Notes under the pieces: model-generated | The model's database searches: none | Told to the model about the DNA's origin: nothing | The model's input: only the letters and a program-made list of their open reading frames with translations | Origin: Candidatus Hydrogenedentota bacterium | Lineage (GTDB): Bacteria; Hydrogenedentota; Hydrogenedentia; Hydrogenedentales; JAEUWI01 | Assembly (NCBI GenBank): GCA_034669905.1 | Contig: JAXMOL010000048.1 | Coordinates: 1 to 56,749, forward strand | DNA length: 56,749 nt | Reading direction: 5' to 3' | Program-made: the position numbers and the translations under genes | Shown here: piece by piece, positions 30,822 through 40,512 of the stretch | Position numbering within the stretch: position 1 is the first letter of the stretch | Layout: the number at the start of each line of letters is the position of its first letter

Positions 30822-32645
30822 TTACTCGGCAGGTAAGACGCTCGCCAGATCGGCGGCTACCTGCATAAATAATTCGCTGTGTCCCGTTTCCTGATTATAG
30901 CGTCCCGTCACCGTGTCGAGGTGACTCCATCCCGGCCAGATTCGGATGCGCTCCGGGTCGGCCAGGGTGTGTTGCGCAATGAGCTCCAGATCCGGCGTGA
31001 AGGGCAACACGGGCACCCGCCACCCCAACACTTCGCGGGTCTTGTAAACGGGAACCGTCTCTTTTCCGTCAAGCATCAATTGGCTCTGGAGGGGCACGAA
31101 ACCATCTCCCATGCGATAGGGACTCATGGGCCAATCCGCACCCGCCGAGGGCACAAACCCCATAATAATGTTGATGGCCCGGAGCGAACTGTTCTCAAAG
31201 AGATTGGTGGCGCCGGGCACGACCCCATCATCGGACCGGAGAAACATGTCGAGCCACCCCCGGCCCCGATAAAGGTAGCTGCCATAGAGGAAGAATCGAT
31301 CCATGTAGAGTCCGCCTGCCAGGGCCGGTGTAATATGTTCCATGCCCCCACAGAAGGTCTCCAACTGAACCTGGGGGTCGAAGGTTTCATCGTCATACCC
31401 CGGCAGGGTGCGGGCATCGCTCACATTGGCATCGCGCGGCGACAAGACCCGGTTGACCGCCCCCTCGGCCTGGGTCCAGGTGCTGAAACGGCGATAAGGA
31501 ATGCCCGCGCCGCCTTCGGCATCAAAATTGGGCCAGCCCATATCCAGATCACTCTGGGCGCTGAGGGAGACGTAGTTGGACGTGATGGCATCTTCCACCA
31601 GCCGCTCCCCGAGATTGGGTGTCAACAACCCGAATCGGGAGGCCGTAAAGCGAAGCCACTCGGGGGTTGCCCAGGGCGTACCCATGTGGGGGCCCCCCAG
31701 GGTCACCGCCCCGAGCACCCGATCGCCATATTCCGGAAAATTCACCATGAAGGCCCGGGCCTTCAGGGCACCGTGACTGTTGGTGATAATCGTGATGGGA
31801 CCATCCGCCGGGAACTTGAAGGTCCCCTCAGCCGATGTCGTGCCTTCCGCCGTGGCATCTTCCAGCCGGCGATAGAGATAGGCCACGATACTCTCATCAA
31901 ACTCCGGGCACTCCGGGTCAAAGCCAATGGGCGCATTAATACCCGCCATCGGGTGGGAGAAGTTCCAGATCTGGAAACGTTGCCGGAAGTCGGCCGCCTC
32001 GGGACTGAAGCGCGCCCAGTGGGTAAATTCGCTCCACCGGTCTGTGCCGGCACCGTGGATCATGAGCAGGGGCACGGGGCCCACCGCTTCGTTGGCGCCA
32101 ACCCGGAACAGTTGCCACACCCATTTTCGTTCGGCACCCGACACCGATGGAGGAAAGGTGGGAAAGAGTCCTTTGACTTTCCCTTCACCGTCGGACCGGG
32201 GTTCGTGGACGACAAACTCACCGGGATACGTCACGTCGATCTTCCAGTAGGCACCTGCCGATTCGGGGGGATGGGCCAGTTCGATGAAGAGCCCGGCTTC
32301 GACGCGACGATAAATCCTTAGCGCGCGGCCCTCGGGGTCCTTTGGCAGCAGCAGTTGGAGGGGCTCGGGGCCATGCCCGGCGATGGACACGTAATTGCGA
32401 ATGAGGGCCCCCTCGGTGATTTCACCCACGAGATCCGCGGGATCGCGGGTCGTCAACTGCACGTGTTTCCCGGTGGCGATGACGCCGTCTTCCGACACAA
32501 CACGAAGGCCCATCGTCTCCGCCCAGGCCGCCTGAACGTCGGCCACGGTCGCCCCCTCCCCCGCCAGGGCCCGATGATAGGTCTGCTCAATTTCGGTAAC
32601 GGCACCCACCAGCGAGACCATGATCATAAGTATTGGAGACGTCAT
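30822..32645 (-). CDS. Exported alpha/beta-hydrolase-fold protein (lipase/PGAP1-like)
   Basis: LMIHG, ITNSHGAL, TLGGPHMGTP, DGFVP, WSH; hydrophobic N-terminus from ATG 32645. Confidence 0.65.
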   Translation of the reverse strand: MTSPILMIMVSLVGAVTEIEQTYHRALAGEGATVADVQAAWAETMGLRVVSEDGVIATGKHVQLTTRDPADLVGEITEGALIRNYVSIAGHGPEPLQLLLPKDPEGRALRIYRRVEAGLFIELAHPPESAGAYWKIDVTYPGEFVVHEPRSDGEGKVKGLFPTFPPSVSGAERKWVWQLFRVGANEAVGPVPLLMIHGAGTDRWSEFTHWARFSPEAADFRQRFQIWNFSHPMAGINAPIGFDPECPEFDESIVAYLYRRLEDATAEGTTSAEGTFKFPADGPITIITNSHGALKARAFMVNFPEYGDRVLGAVTLGGPHMGTPWATPEWLRFTASRFGLLTPNLGERLVEDAITSNYVSLSAQSDLDMGWPNFDAEGGAGIPYRRFSTWTQAEGAVNRVLSPRDANVSDARTLPGYDDETFDPQVQLETFCGGMEHITPALAGGLYMDRFFLYGSYLYRGRGWLDMFLRSDDGVVPGATNLFENSSLRAINIIMGFVPSAGADWPMSPYRMGDGFVPLQSQLMLDGKETVPVYKTREVLGWRVPVLPFTPDLELIAQHTLADPERIRIWPGWSHLDTVTGRYNQETGHSELFMQVAADLASVLPAE

Positions 32646-32877
32646 AAGACTTCCTAACAAGGACCGAAACGTATTTTCGACAGAACCACGCGATAGCGGG
32701 GACGAAAAGCAGCCCCAAAAAATCGAATACCACGGCACCTTACAGGGTATAGTAAGGCAGGCATCGGGCTGTCGCCCCATTATGTCACTTCAGAATCGGG
32801 CGTAACAAACCAGAAAGCGGCCGGGGGCTTACGGTGCTTCGAAACGGAGCCGTCCCCCACAACCGCAGGAGAAATCG

Positions 32878-33873
32878 ATGATTAAGAATATCATGCTGGC
32901 CCTGGGATGGATCGTCGCGTTGGGATTGGGTGCCGCCCTCTATGTGGAATGGCAAACGGTGCACCAACTCACTGAAAAGCTACAGACGACGCAGGAAGTG
33001 CTCGCAGACGCCAAGGCGCAGGCGGCAGCGCTCATCGATCTTGAGGGCCGCTACGAAGCCCTCGAAGACACGGTCGCCCACTTGAAAGAAACGGCCGACA
33101 CGGCGAAGGAGTCGGCCAGCGCCCTCCGGGAAGGATTCCCGGTTCCTGAAACGGTTAATCCAGCGGACATGCTAAAGAAAATGCTGGGCAAAGACACCAG
33201 TGAAGACGGGGACACCGACATGGAAAAAAATAAAAATCTCCTCACTGCCATGTTTGCCGGGGAGGCCGGTGAACAAATGATGAGGGCGAGTGCCAAGACG
33301 GCCCTTACAACCCAATATCACGAGCTCTTTACGGCCCTGAATCTACCGCAGGAACGTGCCGACGCCTTGCGGGAAGTGCTGCAGGACCATCTCAAAACGC
33401 GGGCGCTGGCAGGGCTGGCAATGATGCGTGGCGAGTCGCCCGATGATGGCTCTATGGTTGATACCCACGATCTCAAGAGCGCAGTGACCGACGTGCTGAC
33501 GGCGGAGGAAATGGCTCGCTTCGACCAGTATCAAGAGGAGATGCCCGGCCGACTCTTGCGACAACAATTTGACCTGCAGATTGGCATGATGGCTCCGGGA
33601 ATGGAAGCCGAGACCCGAGAGTATACGGTGGATGTCCTGGTGGATCACATGTTGGCCGACAACGGCGACCAATTTGATGCCACTTCCATGGCGCCAGACA
33701 TTTCGGCGTTTCGTGCCCGCTACGAAGCAGTCGCGACCCAGCTGGAGGCCGAACTCGCACCGGAAGATATGGCCCAAGTACAAGGCTTTCTGGACCAACT
33801 CAACATTGGGCTCGACATGGCCGCCAGCATGATGGGGCAAATCGAGGACGACGACTCCGAAGCTTCGGAGTAA
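32878..33873 (+). CDS. Hypothetical membrane-anchored helical/coiled-coil protein
   Basis: aggaga RBS, N-terminal TM helix, coiled coil, acidic helical body. Confidence 0.7.
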   Translation: MIKNIMLALGWIVALGLGAALYVEWQTVHQLTEKLQTTQEVLADAKAQAAALIDLEGRYEALEDTVAHLKETADTAKESASALREGFPVPETVNPADMLKKMLGKDTSEDGDTDMEKNKNLLTAMFAGEAGEQMMRASAKTALTTQYHELFTALNLPQERADALREVLQDHLKTRALAGLAMMRGESPDDGSMVDTHDLKSAVTDVLTAEEMARFDQYQEEMPGRLLRQQFDLQIGMMAPGMEAETREYTVDVLVDHMLADNGDQFDATSMAPDISAFRARYEAVATQLEAELAPEDMAQVQGFLDQLNIGLDMAASMMGQIEDDDSEASE

Positions 33874-33887
33874 TCGATAATCCGCGA

Positions 33888-34988
33888 TTACTTCAGCAAA
33901 CCACCCCGACCGGTGCTCAATCGAATGCCCTGGAGCATCATATTGAGTTCTTCGGGATTGTCTGAAATTTCCATACCCACATCCAGGCTGACCAGTCCCT
34001 GCTTGATGAGGTCGTGGAGGCTGTCATTGAAGCCCTGCATGCCCGATTCGCGGCCATTGCTGATGGCATTGTCCATCTGCACAATGCGGTTTTCTTTGAT
34101 GAGGGCCCGAATACCGGGGTTGGTGAACATGATTTCACAGTTGGGCACCCGACCGGAACCGTCGGCACGGGGCAGGAGACGCATACACATGATTGCGCGC
34201 AGGTTCATGGCCAACTGAGAACGCACCTGGTCGTGTTGGTTGGAGGGGTAGAGGTCGATGATGCGGTCGATGGTCAGCATGACGTTGGTGGTGTGCAGGG
34301 TACTGAATACGAGGTGACCCGTTTCCGAAGCACTGATGGCCGCCTGGAAGGTTTCCAGATCCCGCATCTCGCCCACTAGAATCACGTCGGGATCCTGTCG
34401 CATCACAGCCTTCAAAGCCGAGGAAAAGTCTTTGGTATCAATCGTTATTTCGCGCTGATTGATGACGGCCTTCCGATCGGAGTGCACGTATTCGATGGGA
34501 TCTTCAATCGTCACCACGTGACATTGGCGGTGGGAATTAATATGGTCTACGATGGCGGCCAAGGCGGTGGACTTACCACTACCCGTCGTGCCCGTCAGCA
34601 ACACCAGTCCCCGCTGCATGGTCGCGAAGCGATTGACGGCCAGGGGCAGGTTCAGCTGCTCGATGGTCATGATTTTACTCTTGATGCGCCGCATCACCAG
34701 CGACACCGAGCCCCGTTGCCGGAAGGCATTCACCCGAAATCGCCCCACCCCTTTTTCGGTGAAGGCCAAATCCAGATCGCCCCGCTTCATGAAGTAGTCT
34801 TTTTGCTCGTGACTCAACAGAATGTCCAGGATACCGTCGATATCCTCCGCCAGGAGCGGATCCCCCTCCTGGCTCACAATCTGACCGTCCACCCGAAAAT
34901 AAACGACACTGCCCGTCTTCAAGTGAATGTCGGAAGCGTCCTTCTGGACCGCCCGCTGCAGGAGCTTGAGAAACCGTTGCCTGTCCAT
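33888..34988 (-). CDS. pilT: PilT/PilU family type IV pilus ATPase
   Basis: ASDIHL, GRFRVNAF, GTTGSGKST, TIEDPIE, RQDPDVILVGEMRD, GHLVFSTLHT, GMQ. Confidence 0.9.
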   Translation of the reverse strand: MDRQRFLKLLQRAVQKDASDIHLKTGSVVYFRVDGQIVSQEGDPLLAEDIDGILDILLSHEQKDYFMKRGDLDLAFTEKGVGRFRVNAFRQRGSVSLVMRRIKSKIMTIEQLNLPLAVNRFATMQRGLVLLTGTTGSGKSTALAAIVDHINSHRQCHVVTIEDPIEYVHSDRKAVINQREITIDTKDFSSALKAVMRQDPDVILVGEMRDLETFQAAISASETGHLVFSTLHTTNVMLTIDRIIDLYPSNQHDQVRSQLAMNLRAIMCMRLLPRADGSGRVPNCEIMFTNPGIRALIKENRIVQMDNAISNGRESGMQGFNDSLHDLIKQGLVSLDVGMEISDNPEELNMMLQGIRLSTGRGGLLK

Positions 34989-36256
34989 TAGTTTTTCTTC
35001 CTCATCCGTTTGCGTAGAAACGCGGGAATGCCAAGATCTTCTTCTGGCTCACTCGATCGGGGAGCAGGTTGGCGGTCGGCAGGCTCCTCAGGAAATAAAA
35101 TCTGCTCGCCCGGCTCCGACGGAAATTCCAGTTCTTCCTCCAGCGATTCGGGCATATCATCTTCTTCGGGGGACAGGGTAATTTCCGGGACCGTTTCGGC
35201 GGCGGGCTGGCGGTGACTCGGCAACGGGGGCGGGGTGGGCATGGGACGCGGGGTGGTCCCGTCGGTTGACAGAAATTCTTCGGAGACCCCTTTGGGGAAG
35301 CCCGCAGCAATCACGGTGACCTGAAGCTCAGGCCGCTCTTGTTCATCTACAACCGCACCGAAAATGATATTGGCATCGGGGTGGGCAGACTCTTTGACGG
35401 TCGTAACCGCGTCCTGCACTTCACGCATACCGATATCGCATCCGCCTTTGATATTGACGATAACGCCCATGGCGCCATTAATATTGGATTGTTCGAGGAG
35501 GGGGCAGACAATGGCCTCTTGCGCCGCGCGCACCGCCCGGTCTTCGCCTTCTGCGCTGCCAATACCCATCAGGGCGCGGCCCCGGGCCTGCATGATCGTA
35601 CGGACGTCGGCAAAATCGAGGTTGATCAGGCCGGAAACAGTAATCAATTCCGAAATGGCCCGCACGCCGTTGTGAAGTACTTCGTCGGCATTCTTGAAGG
35701 CGTTCAGCAACGACATGTTATTCTGGCACAGGGTTGCCACGCGGTCATTGGGTACGACAATGAGCGTATCGACGTGTTGCTCAAGCTCGGCCAGCCCCTG
35801 CAGGGCGCTGTGCATCCGCTCTTTACCCTCAAAGGTGAAGGGCAGCGTCACGATGGCCACGGTAAGCGCCCCGTTGCTGGAGGCTTCCTGGGCGACCACC
35901 GGGGTGGCGCCCGTTCCCGTGCCGCCTCCCAGACCGGCTGTAAGGAAGACCATATCGGCCCCGCTCAACACCTCTTTGATGCGTTCCCGATCTTCTTCGG
36001 CAGCGCGCGCGCCGACGCCGGGTTGTGCGCCCGAGCCTAATCCGCCCGTCAATTCAACACCAACCTGAAGCCGGGTGCCAGCGGGAGAGCTTTTGAGGGC
36101 CTGGGCATCCGTATTCACCGTGATGAAATCAACATCAGAAAGACCTGCTTCGATCATGCGGCTTACGGCGTTACCGCCGCCACCGCCAATACCGCACACC
36201 TTGATAACTGCGCGTTGATCGAATGAGTGGAATTCGTCAGACATCGATACCGTCAT
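34988..36256 (-). CDS. ftsZ: Cell division protein FtsZ
   Basis: GIGGGGGNAV, NTDAQAL, GGGTGTG, INLDFADV; C-terminal core peptide DLGIPAFLR. Confidence 0.98.
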   Translation of the reverse strand: MTVSMSDEFHSFDQRAVIKVCGIGGGGGNAVSRMIEAGLSDVDFITVNTDAQALKSSPAGTRLQVGVELTGGLGSGAQPGVGARAAEEDRERIKEVLSGADMVFLTAGLGGGTGTGATPVVAQEASSNGALTVAIVTLPFTFEGKERMHSALQGLAELEQHVDTLIVVPNDRVATLCQNNMSLLNAFKNADEVLHNGVRAISELITVSGLINLDFADVRTIMQARGRALMGIGSAEGEDRAVRAAQEAIVCPLLEQSNINGAMGVIVNIKGGCDIGMREVQDAVTTVKESAHPDANIIFGAVVDEQERPELQVTVIAAGFPKGVSEEFLSTDGTTPRPMPTPPPLPSHRQPAAETVPEITLSPEEDDMPESLEEELEFPSEPGEQILFPEEPADRQPAPRSSEPEEDLGIPAFLRKRMRKKN

Positions 36257-36347
36257 TGTGTTGTTCTCTCCCTGGAGTATTCGTCATGGTAGCACCCGGG
36301 TTCTCTCGGGCACAATCCCCGTGCACACCCTGGTCGCTATTTTCGCA

Positions 36348-37142
36348 TCAGCGACAGACCAGATCCTGGTCAAAGCGCAAATCGAGATATTCCTGGCAAG
36401 GCAATTGTCCCGATTTCTCTTGCCACAGTACACTCAGGCGTGCCGCCTGCAATTCATAATCACTGCGCCCCCACCGTATTTCAAAGGGCGCTTCGTCCCA
36501 AAACATCGTCAGCTGCATCGGCCCCTCGGCGGCAATTTCCGAAAGCGTCACTTCCTCGGAGATCGGCGCCTCGGAATAGGCCTTCCAGAGGGACAGGGCC
36601 TCTTGCAGCGAGCGCGACTCGAGGCGCTCTCCCACCGTGGGTATACCAAGGTCGGGCACACTCGTAATCAACGGACCCGTTACCGGGGCGCCCGGCGGCA
36701 GCTCACGGAGTGCAAAGCCATCCCCATCCACGAGATAGGACTTCCGGCCCGCCATGACAGTTGCCACGGCCGCACGCTCGCGCAGGGTAATGATCAGGGT
36801 GTTGGGCAATTCCCGGGATACGGCCGCCGCCTCTACATAGGGCAGCTCGGAGACATTGGCCGCCACGGCAGCGGTGCTCACCAGCAGCAGATTATCCGCG
36901 GTGCTCACCCCGGCCGCAAGGCGCACCTCTTCGGGCGACACCTTTTCCGCGCCATAGACCAGGATCTGATTCACCTTGTAACGGGGGGATTCAATGGCAT
37001 AGTGATAAAAGCCGTACCCGAAAACCGCAAGCACCGCAATGCAGCAGCCAATCTCCAACAGGATAACAAGCTGCCGGAGACGCTGCCGTCGCGGCATCGG
37101 ACGCCGTTTACGGGTCGTGTGGACACGGGCCAGCGGCATCAC
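36348..37142 (-). CDS. ftsQ: Cell division protein FtsQ/DivIB
   Basis: Basic N-tail, one TM helix, POTRA segment (LPYVEAAAVSRELPNTL), C-terminal YLDLRF. Confidence 0.9.
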   Translation of the reverse strand: MMPLARVHTTRKRRPMPRRQRLRQLVILLEIGCCIAVLAVFGYGFYHYAIESPRYKVNQILVYGAEKVSPEEVRLAAGVSTADNLLLVSTAAVAANVSELPYVEAAAVSRELPNTLIITLRERAAVATVMAGRKSYLVDGDGFALRELPPGAPVTGPLITSVPDLGIPTVGERLESRSLQEALSLWKAYSEAPISEEVTLSEIAAEGPMQLTMFWDEAPFEIRWGRSDYELQAARLSVLWQEKSGQLPCQEYLDLRFDQDLVCR

Positions 37143-38569
37143 CCTTCTCCCAAATCGTGTAGCAGGGGCTCTACTATCTGATTGATATCCCCTGCTCCGA
37201 GGATCAATACGATATCGCCCGACTCCACGATTTCCAGCAAGCGGGCCGGCACAGCATGGCGATCCCGGACCAATTCCACATGCCGGGCGTCCAGGTTATG
37301 GGCCGCGTCGACCACCATTCCGGCATCGACGCCGGGAATAGGTGCCTCACGGGACGGGTAAATATCGGTCACAATGGCATGATCAAGTTGGGCCAGAACA
37401 GCCGCGAACTCGTCACAAAAATGCTTGGTGCGGCTATATAGATGGGGCTGAAAAACCCCCACAATTCGCGTGGGTCGTGCCCAACGGATGGCCTCCAACG
37501 TGCTCGCAATCTCCGTCGGGTGGTGGGCGTAGTCTTCCACCACGGCCACACCCCGGGCTTCACCCCGCACCTGAAGACGACGGCGCACCCCGTCAAAATG
37601 GCGCAGTCCTTCTGCCAGCACGTTGAAACGCATTCCGAGACAAAGCCCAACGGCACAGGCGGCGAGGGCATTGCGTACATTGTTTTCGCCCAGTGCATCC
37701 ACCACCACCGTGCCCAACACGCCTTCCGGAGCCACCCGCGCGTCGTGACTGACCACATCGAAGCGGGTCGCCAGGCCATTCAATCGATCGGAAATCCGGG
37801 ATGATTGACTCTCTACGAGCGTAAGATTTGCCGCCTGGAGGGACATACCGTTTCCCAGGCCATAGGTAATTGATACGCTGTGAATGTCTGGCAAGATGGC
37901 CTGACAATTGGGATCATCACCGCAAAGGATCGCGTACCCGTAGAAGGGCACGCCATTACAAAACTCGGTAAAGGCCCGCTTTATCTGGTCGATCGTGCCA
38001 TAGTACTCAAGATGTTCGGCATCAATATTGGTTACGACCGCTACGGTCGGGTGTAAACGCAGAAACGATCCGTCGTGTTCGTCGGCTTCCGCCACCAGGT
38101 AGGACCCCGTGCCCCAACGGGCATTGGTGCCGCTCCGGTGAAGAATCCCCCCCACAATCGTGGTCGCCCCAATATTGGCCACATCAAGAATGGCGCTGAT
38201 CATCGAGGTCGTTGTCGTCTTACCATGGGTGCCGCCCACCGCCACCGCATTGGGCTTCAGGCGCATCAGATCCGCCAGCAGGTCGCTCCGATGCATGATG
38301 GGAAGTCGAAGATTTCGCGCGGCCACCACCTCGGAATTGTCTTCCGCAACCGCCGCAGATACGACGAGAATGTCTGCATCGCGCACGTTTTCGGCCTGGT
38401 GTCCCTCAAAAAAAGTGAGCCCCAAGCCCTCGAGCCGGGTGGTAATCCCGGATTTGGACAGGTCGGATCCGGAAATTTCATAGCCCAGATTGAGCAAAAT
38501 CTCAGCCAGTCCACTCATGCCGATGCCGCCGACGCCGACGAAATGGACTTTACGAAAATGACCCGTCAT
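37139..38569 (-). CDS. murC: UDP-N-acetylmuramate--L-alanine ligase
   Basis: HFVGVGGIGMSGLA, GTHGKTTT, EADEHDGSF, DYAHHPTE, FQPHLYSRT. Start moved to ATG 38569. Confidence 0.96.
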   Translation of the reverse strand: MTGHFRKVHFVGVGGIGMSGLAEILLNLGYEISGSDLSKSGITTRLEGLGLTFFEGHQAENVRDADILVVSAAVAEDNSEVVAARNLRLPIMHRSDLLADLMRLKPNAVAVGGTHGKTTTTSMISAILDVANIGATTIVGGILHRSGTNARWGTGSYLVAEADEHDGSFLRLHPTVAVVTNIDAEHLEYYGTIDQIKRAFTEFCNGVPFYGYAILCGDDPNCQAILPDIHSVSITYGLGNGMSLQAANLTLVESQSSRISDRLNGLATRFDVVSHDARVAPEGVLGTVVVDALGENNVRNALAACAVGLCLGMRFNVLAEGLRHFDGVRRRLQVRGEARGVAVVEDYAHHPTEIASTLEAIRWARPTRIVGVFQPHLYSRTKHFCDEFAAVLAQLDHAIVTDIYPSREAPIPGVDAGMVVDAAHNLDARHVELVRDRHAVPARLLEIVESGDIVLILGAGDINQIVEPLLHDLGEG

Positions 38570-38769
38570 AAAAACCTTCCTACACCATATATAGTGCCTG
38601 CCCTTATAGTAGCAAAAGGAGAACCACAAATAAAGCGGAATTACGCCGAATCAGGGAGTCCCACCCTGCTTCCGCCCACCCCGAGCCTGCCCGCTGTTCC
38701 AGCACCGTAGACAACGGCTTAATCATTGACACAGGCTATAGTCTGAATTAAGAAAACGTGGCCTACCCA

Positions 38770-38798
38770 TTGACAAGCGTGGTCAAAAACTATAAAAT
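38770..38798 (+). promoter_or_regulatory. Sigma70-type promoter P1 upstream of DUF1559 paralogue 3
   Basis: TTGACA-N17-TAAAAT. Confidence 0.6.
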
Positions 38799-38889
38799 GC
38801 ATGCACGCTGGCACAAGAGAAACCATGCTGGCCCCCAATTTGAAACACTTCGTAAAACATACCTAACGTGCAGGTATAGAATTTTTTCC

Positions 38890-38917
38890 TTTACATTTCA
38901 GGAAAAGTTGTTATACT
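38890..38917 (+). promoter_or_regulatory. Sigma70-type promoter P2 (extended -10)
   Basis: TTTACA-N16-TATACT with TG in the extended -10 position. Confidence 0.55.
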
Positions 38918-39246
38918 TAGCTTACACCGACTCGGTGGGAATCACTTCGTGCTTACGGTCAGGTACGCACGGAAACGATGAAGGCAGGCAGGCGCGCTTG
39001 CGGGGTTCCCCTCTCCCCTGGGAGATACCAATCGGTGCTCAGAACGCTTTTTGCGAGACGAGTGGAGAATTGTATCTATATCCATTTATTTCTCCACCGT
39101 CTACGTCAAAATAATAGTACAACGCCAGGAACAGCGTAGAAAGGAGGCGGGACTGTTTCGGAGGTCTGCGGACCAATAACATCATACTTTATTCGTTAAT
39201 TTTGACATCCTACTTTTATTTTTCTACCACCAAAGGAAAGAGAGTT

Positions 39247-40254
39247 ATGACAAAGCGTCCTAATTCCAAAAAGGGTTTTACCCTCATTGAGCTGCTTGTG
39301 GTTATCGCTATCATCGGTATCCTTGCAGCCATTCTTCTGCCTGCTCTTGCACGTGCCCGTGAAGCGGCCCGTCGCGCCAGCTGCCAGAACAACCTGAAAC
39401 AGCTTGGTCTCGTGTTCAAGATGTACGCGAACGAAAGCCCCGGTGAAGTATGGCCCAGCCGCTACGTTGACCAGCGTAACGACCGTCTTGCTTCCGCTGC
39501 AGACGCCGACACCTATGGCCGTATCTGGTCCATCCCCAGTGTTGCGGCTGTGTTCCCCGAATACCTGGCTGACCCCACCGTATTCTTCTGCCCGTCTGAC
39601 CGTGATGGTACGGACACCGAGCAGGGCTGGCGCTGGGAAGATGCCGACCCCGATTGGGCTACGGTAAACAGCCCCTTCAACGCTGCTAAGACGGCTGCGG
39701 CTGCTTTCGCTGCTAGCGGCGCTTCTGGCTGCGACGGTCAGCTCCCCGAGAACTACAGTGGCGACACCGCCAGCTGCTACCCCCACCCCGCTGGTGACTC
39801 CTACACCTACTGGGGTCTTGTGTTCCAGCCCCAGCAGCTCGTAACGGCTGCGGACTACGAAGAAGTTGGTATCGCGGTTGACGCGGGCACCAACGCTTCC
39901 GGCGAGCAGTTCCTGTTCGGCGACATGGGCGGTTCCTTCTCCGTGACCAACGGTTCCGGTCGCACCGAAGAGCTCTTCAGCCTTAAGGAAGGCATCGAAC
40001 GCTTCCTTATCACCGACATCAACAACCCTGCTGGCGCCGCTCAGGCTCAGTCCACGGTTGGTGTGCTTTGGGACTCCTCCCGCTCCGAAGACAGCGGTGC
40101 GGTTTCCGAAGAATTCAACCACGTTCCCGGTGGTGCTAACGTGCTGTTCATGGACGGCCACGTAGCCTTCGGTAAATTCCCCCAGGAAAATGGCAGCCAG
40201 TTCTGGATGCTTGCTCCCGAAGGTCATCAGGACAACAACATGTGGTTCCCGTGA
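39247..40254 (+). CDS. Prepilin-type DUF1559 / H-X9-DG protein (paralogue 3)
   Basis: [17 protein letters not shown]...[46 protein letters not shown] 39247 follows an aaagga RBS. Confidence 0.92.
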   Translation: MTKRPNSKKGFTLIELLVVIAIIGILAAILLPALARAREAARRASCQNNLKQLGLVFKMYANESPGEVWPSRYVDQRNDRLASAADADTYGRIWSIPSVAAVFPEYLADPTVFFCPSDRDGTDTEQGWRWEDADPDWATVNSPFNAAKTAAAAFAASGASGCDGQLPENYSGDTASCYPHPAGDSYTYWGLVFQPQQLVTAADYEEVGIAVDAGTNASGEQFLFGDMGGSFSVTNGSGRTEELFSLKEGIERFLITDINNPAGAAQAQSTVGVLWDSSRSEDSGAVSEEFNHVPGGANVLFMDGHVAFGKFPQENGSQFWMLAPEGHQDNNMWFP

Positions 40255-40300
40255 TCCTCTGAACTCCGGTTCTTGGATTCACTGTGAATGATTAGATGCT

Positions 40301-40334
40301 CCGGAGGGTGGCCTTGGCTACCCTCCGGTTTTTT
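40301..40334 (+). terminator. Intrinsic terminator
   Basis: ccggagggtggcc/ggctaccctccgg hairpin followed by a T tract. Confidence 0.85.
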
Positions 40335-40512
40335 ATTGCCTACGGGAAGCGTGTACCGTCTACATGGAATGAACAGCGACCCCTCACGCCTCCCCCATCC
40401 ACGCAGCTATGGGTGAAGCCCGTATCGGTCTTCCCTCCGAATAGCCTGACCGGGTCGCCCTGCGTAATCGCTTCATTCGAATCACTTGGTCAGGCACCAC
40501 CTGGGGCTCTGT

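Noticed and set aside
30879..32321. 480-aa plus-strand ORF
   Set aside because: Antisense to the alpha/beta-hydrolase-fold gene, which carries the motifs.
36257..36347. ftsA pseudogene remnant
   Set aside because: Only 91 bp, with no FtsA-like coding trace.
3050..40254. Diversity-generating retroelement or cassette switching acting on DUF1559 genes
   Set aside because: No reverse transcriptase, no TR/VR pair differing at adenines, no recombinase and no silent partial copies seen.
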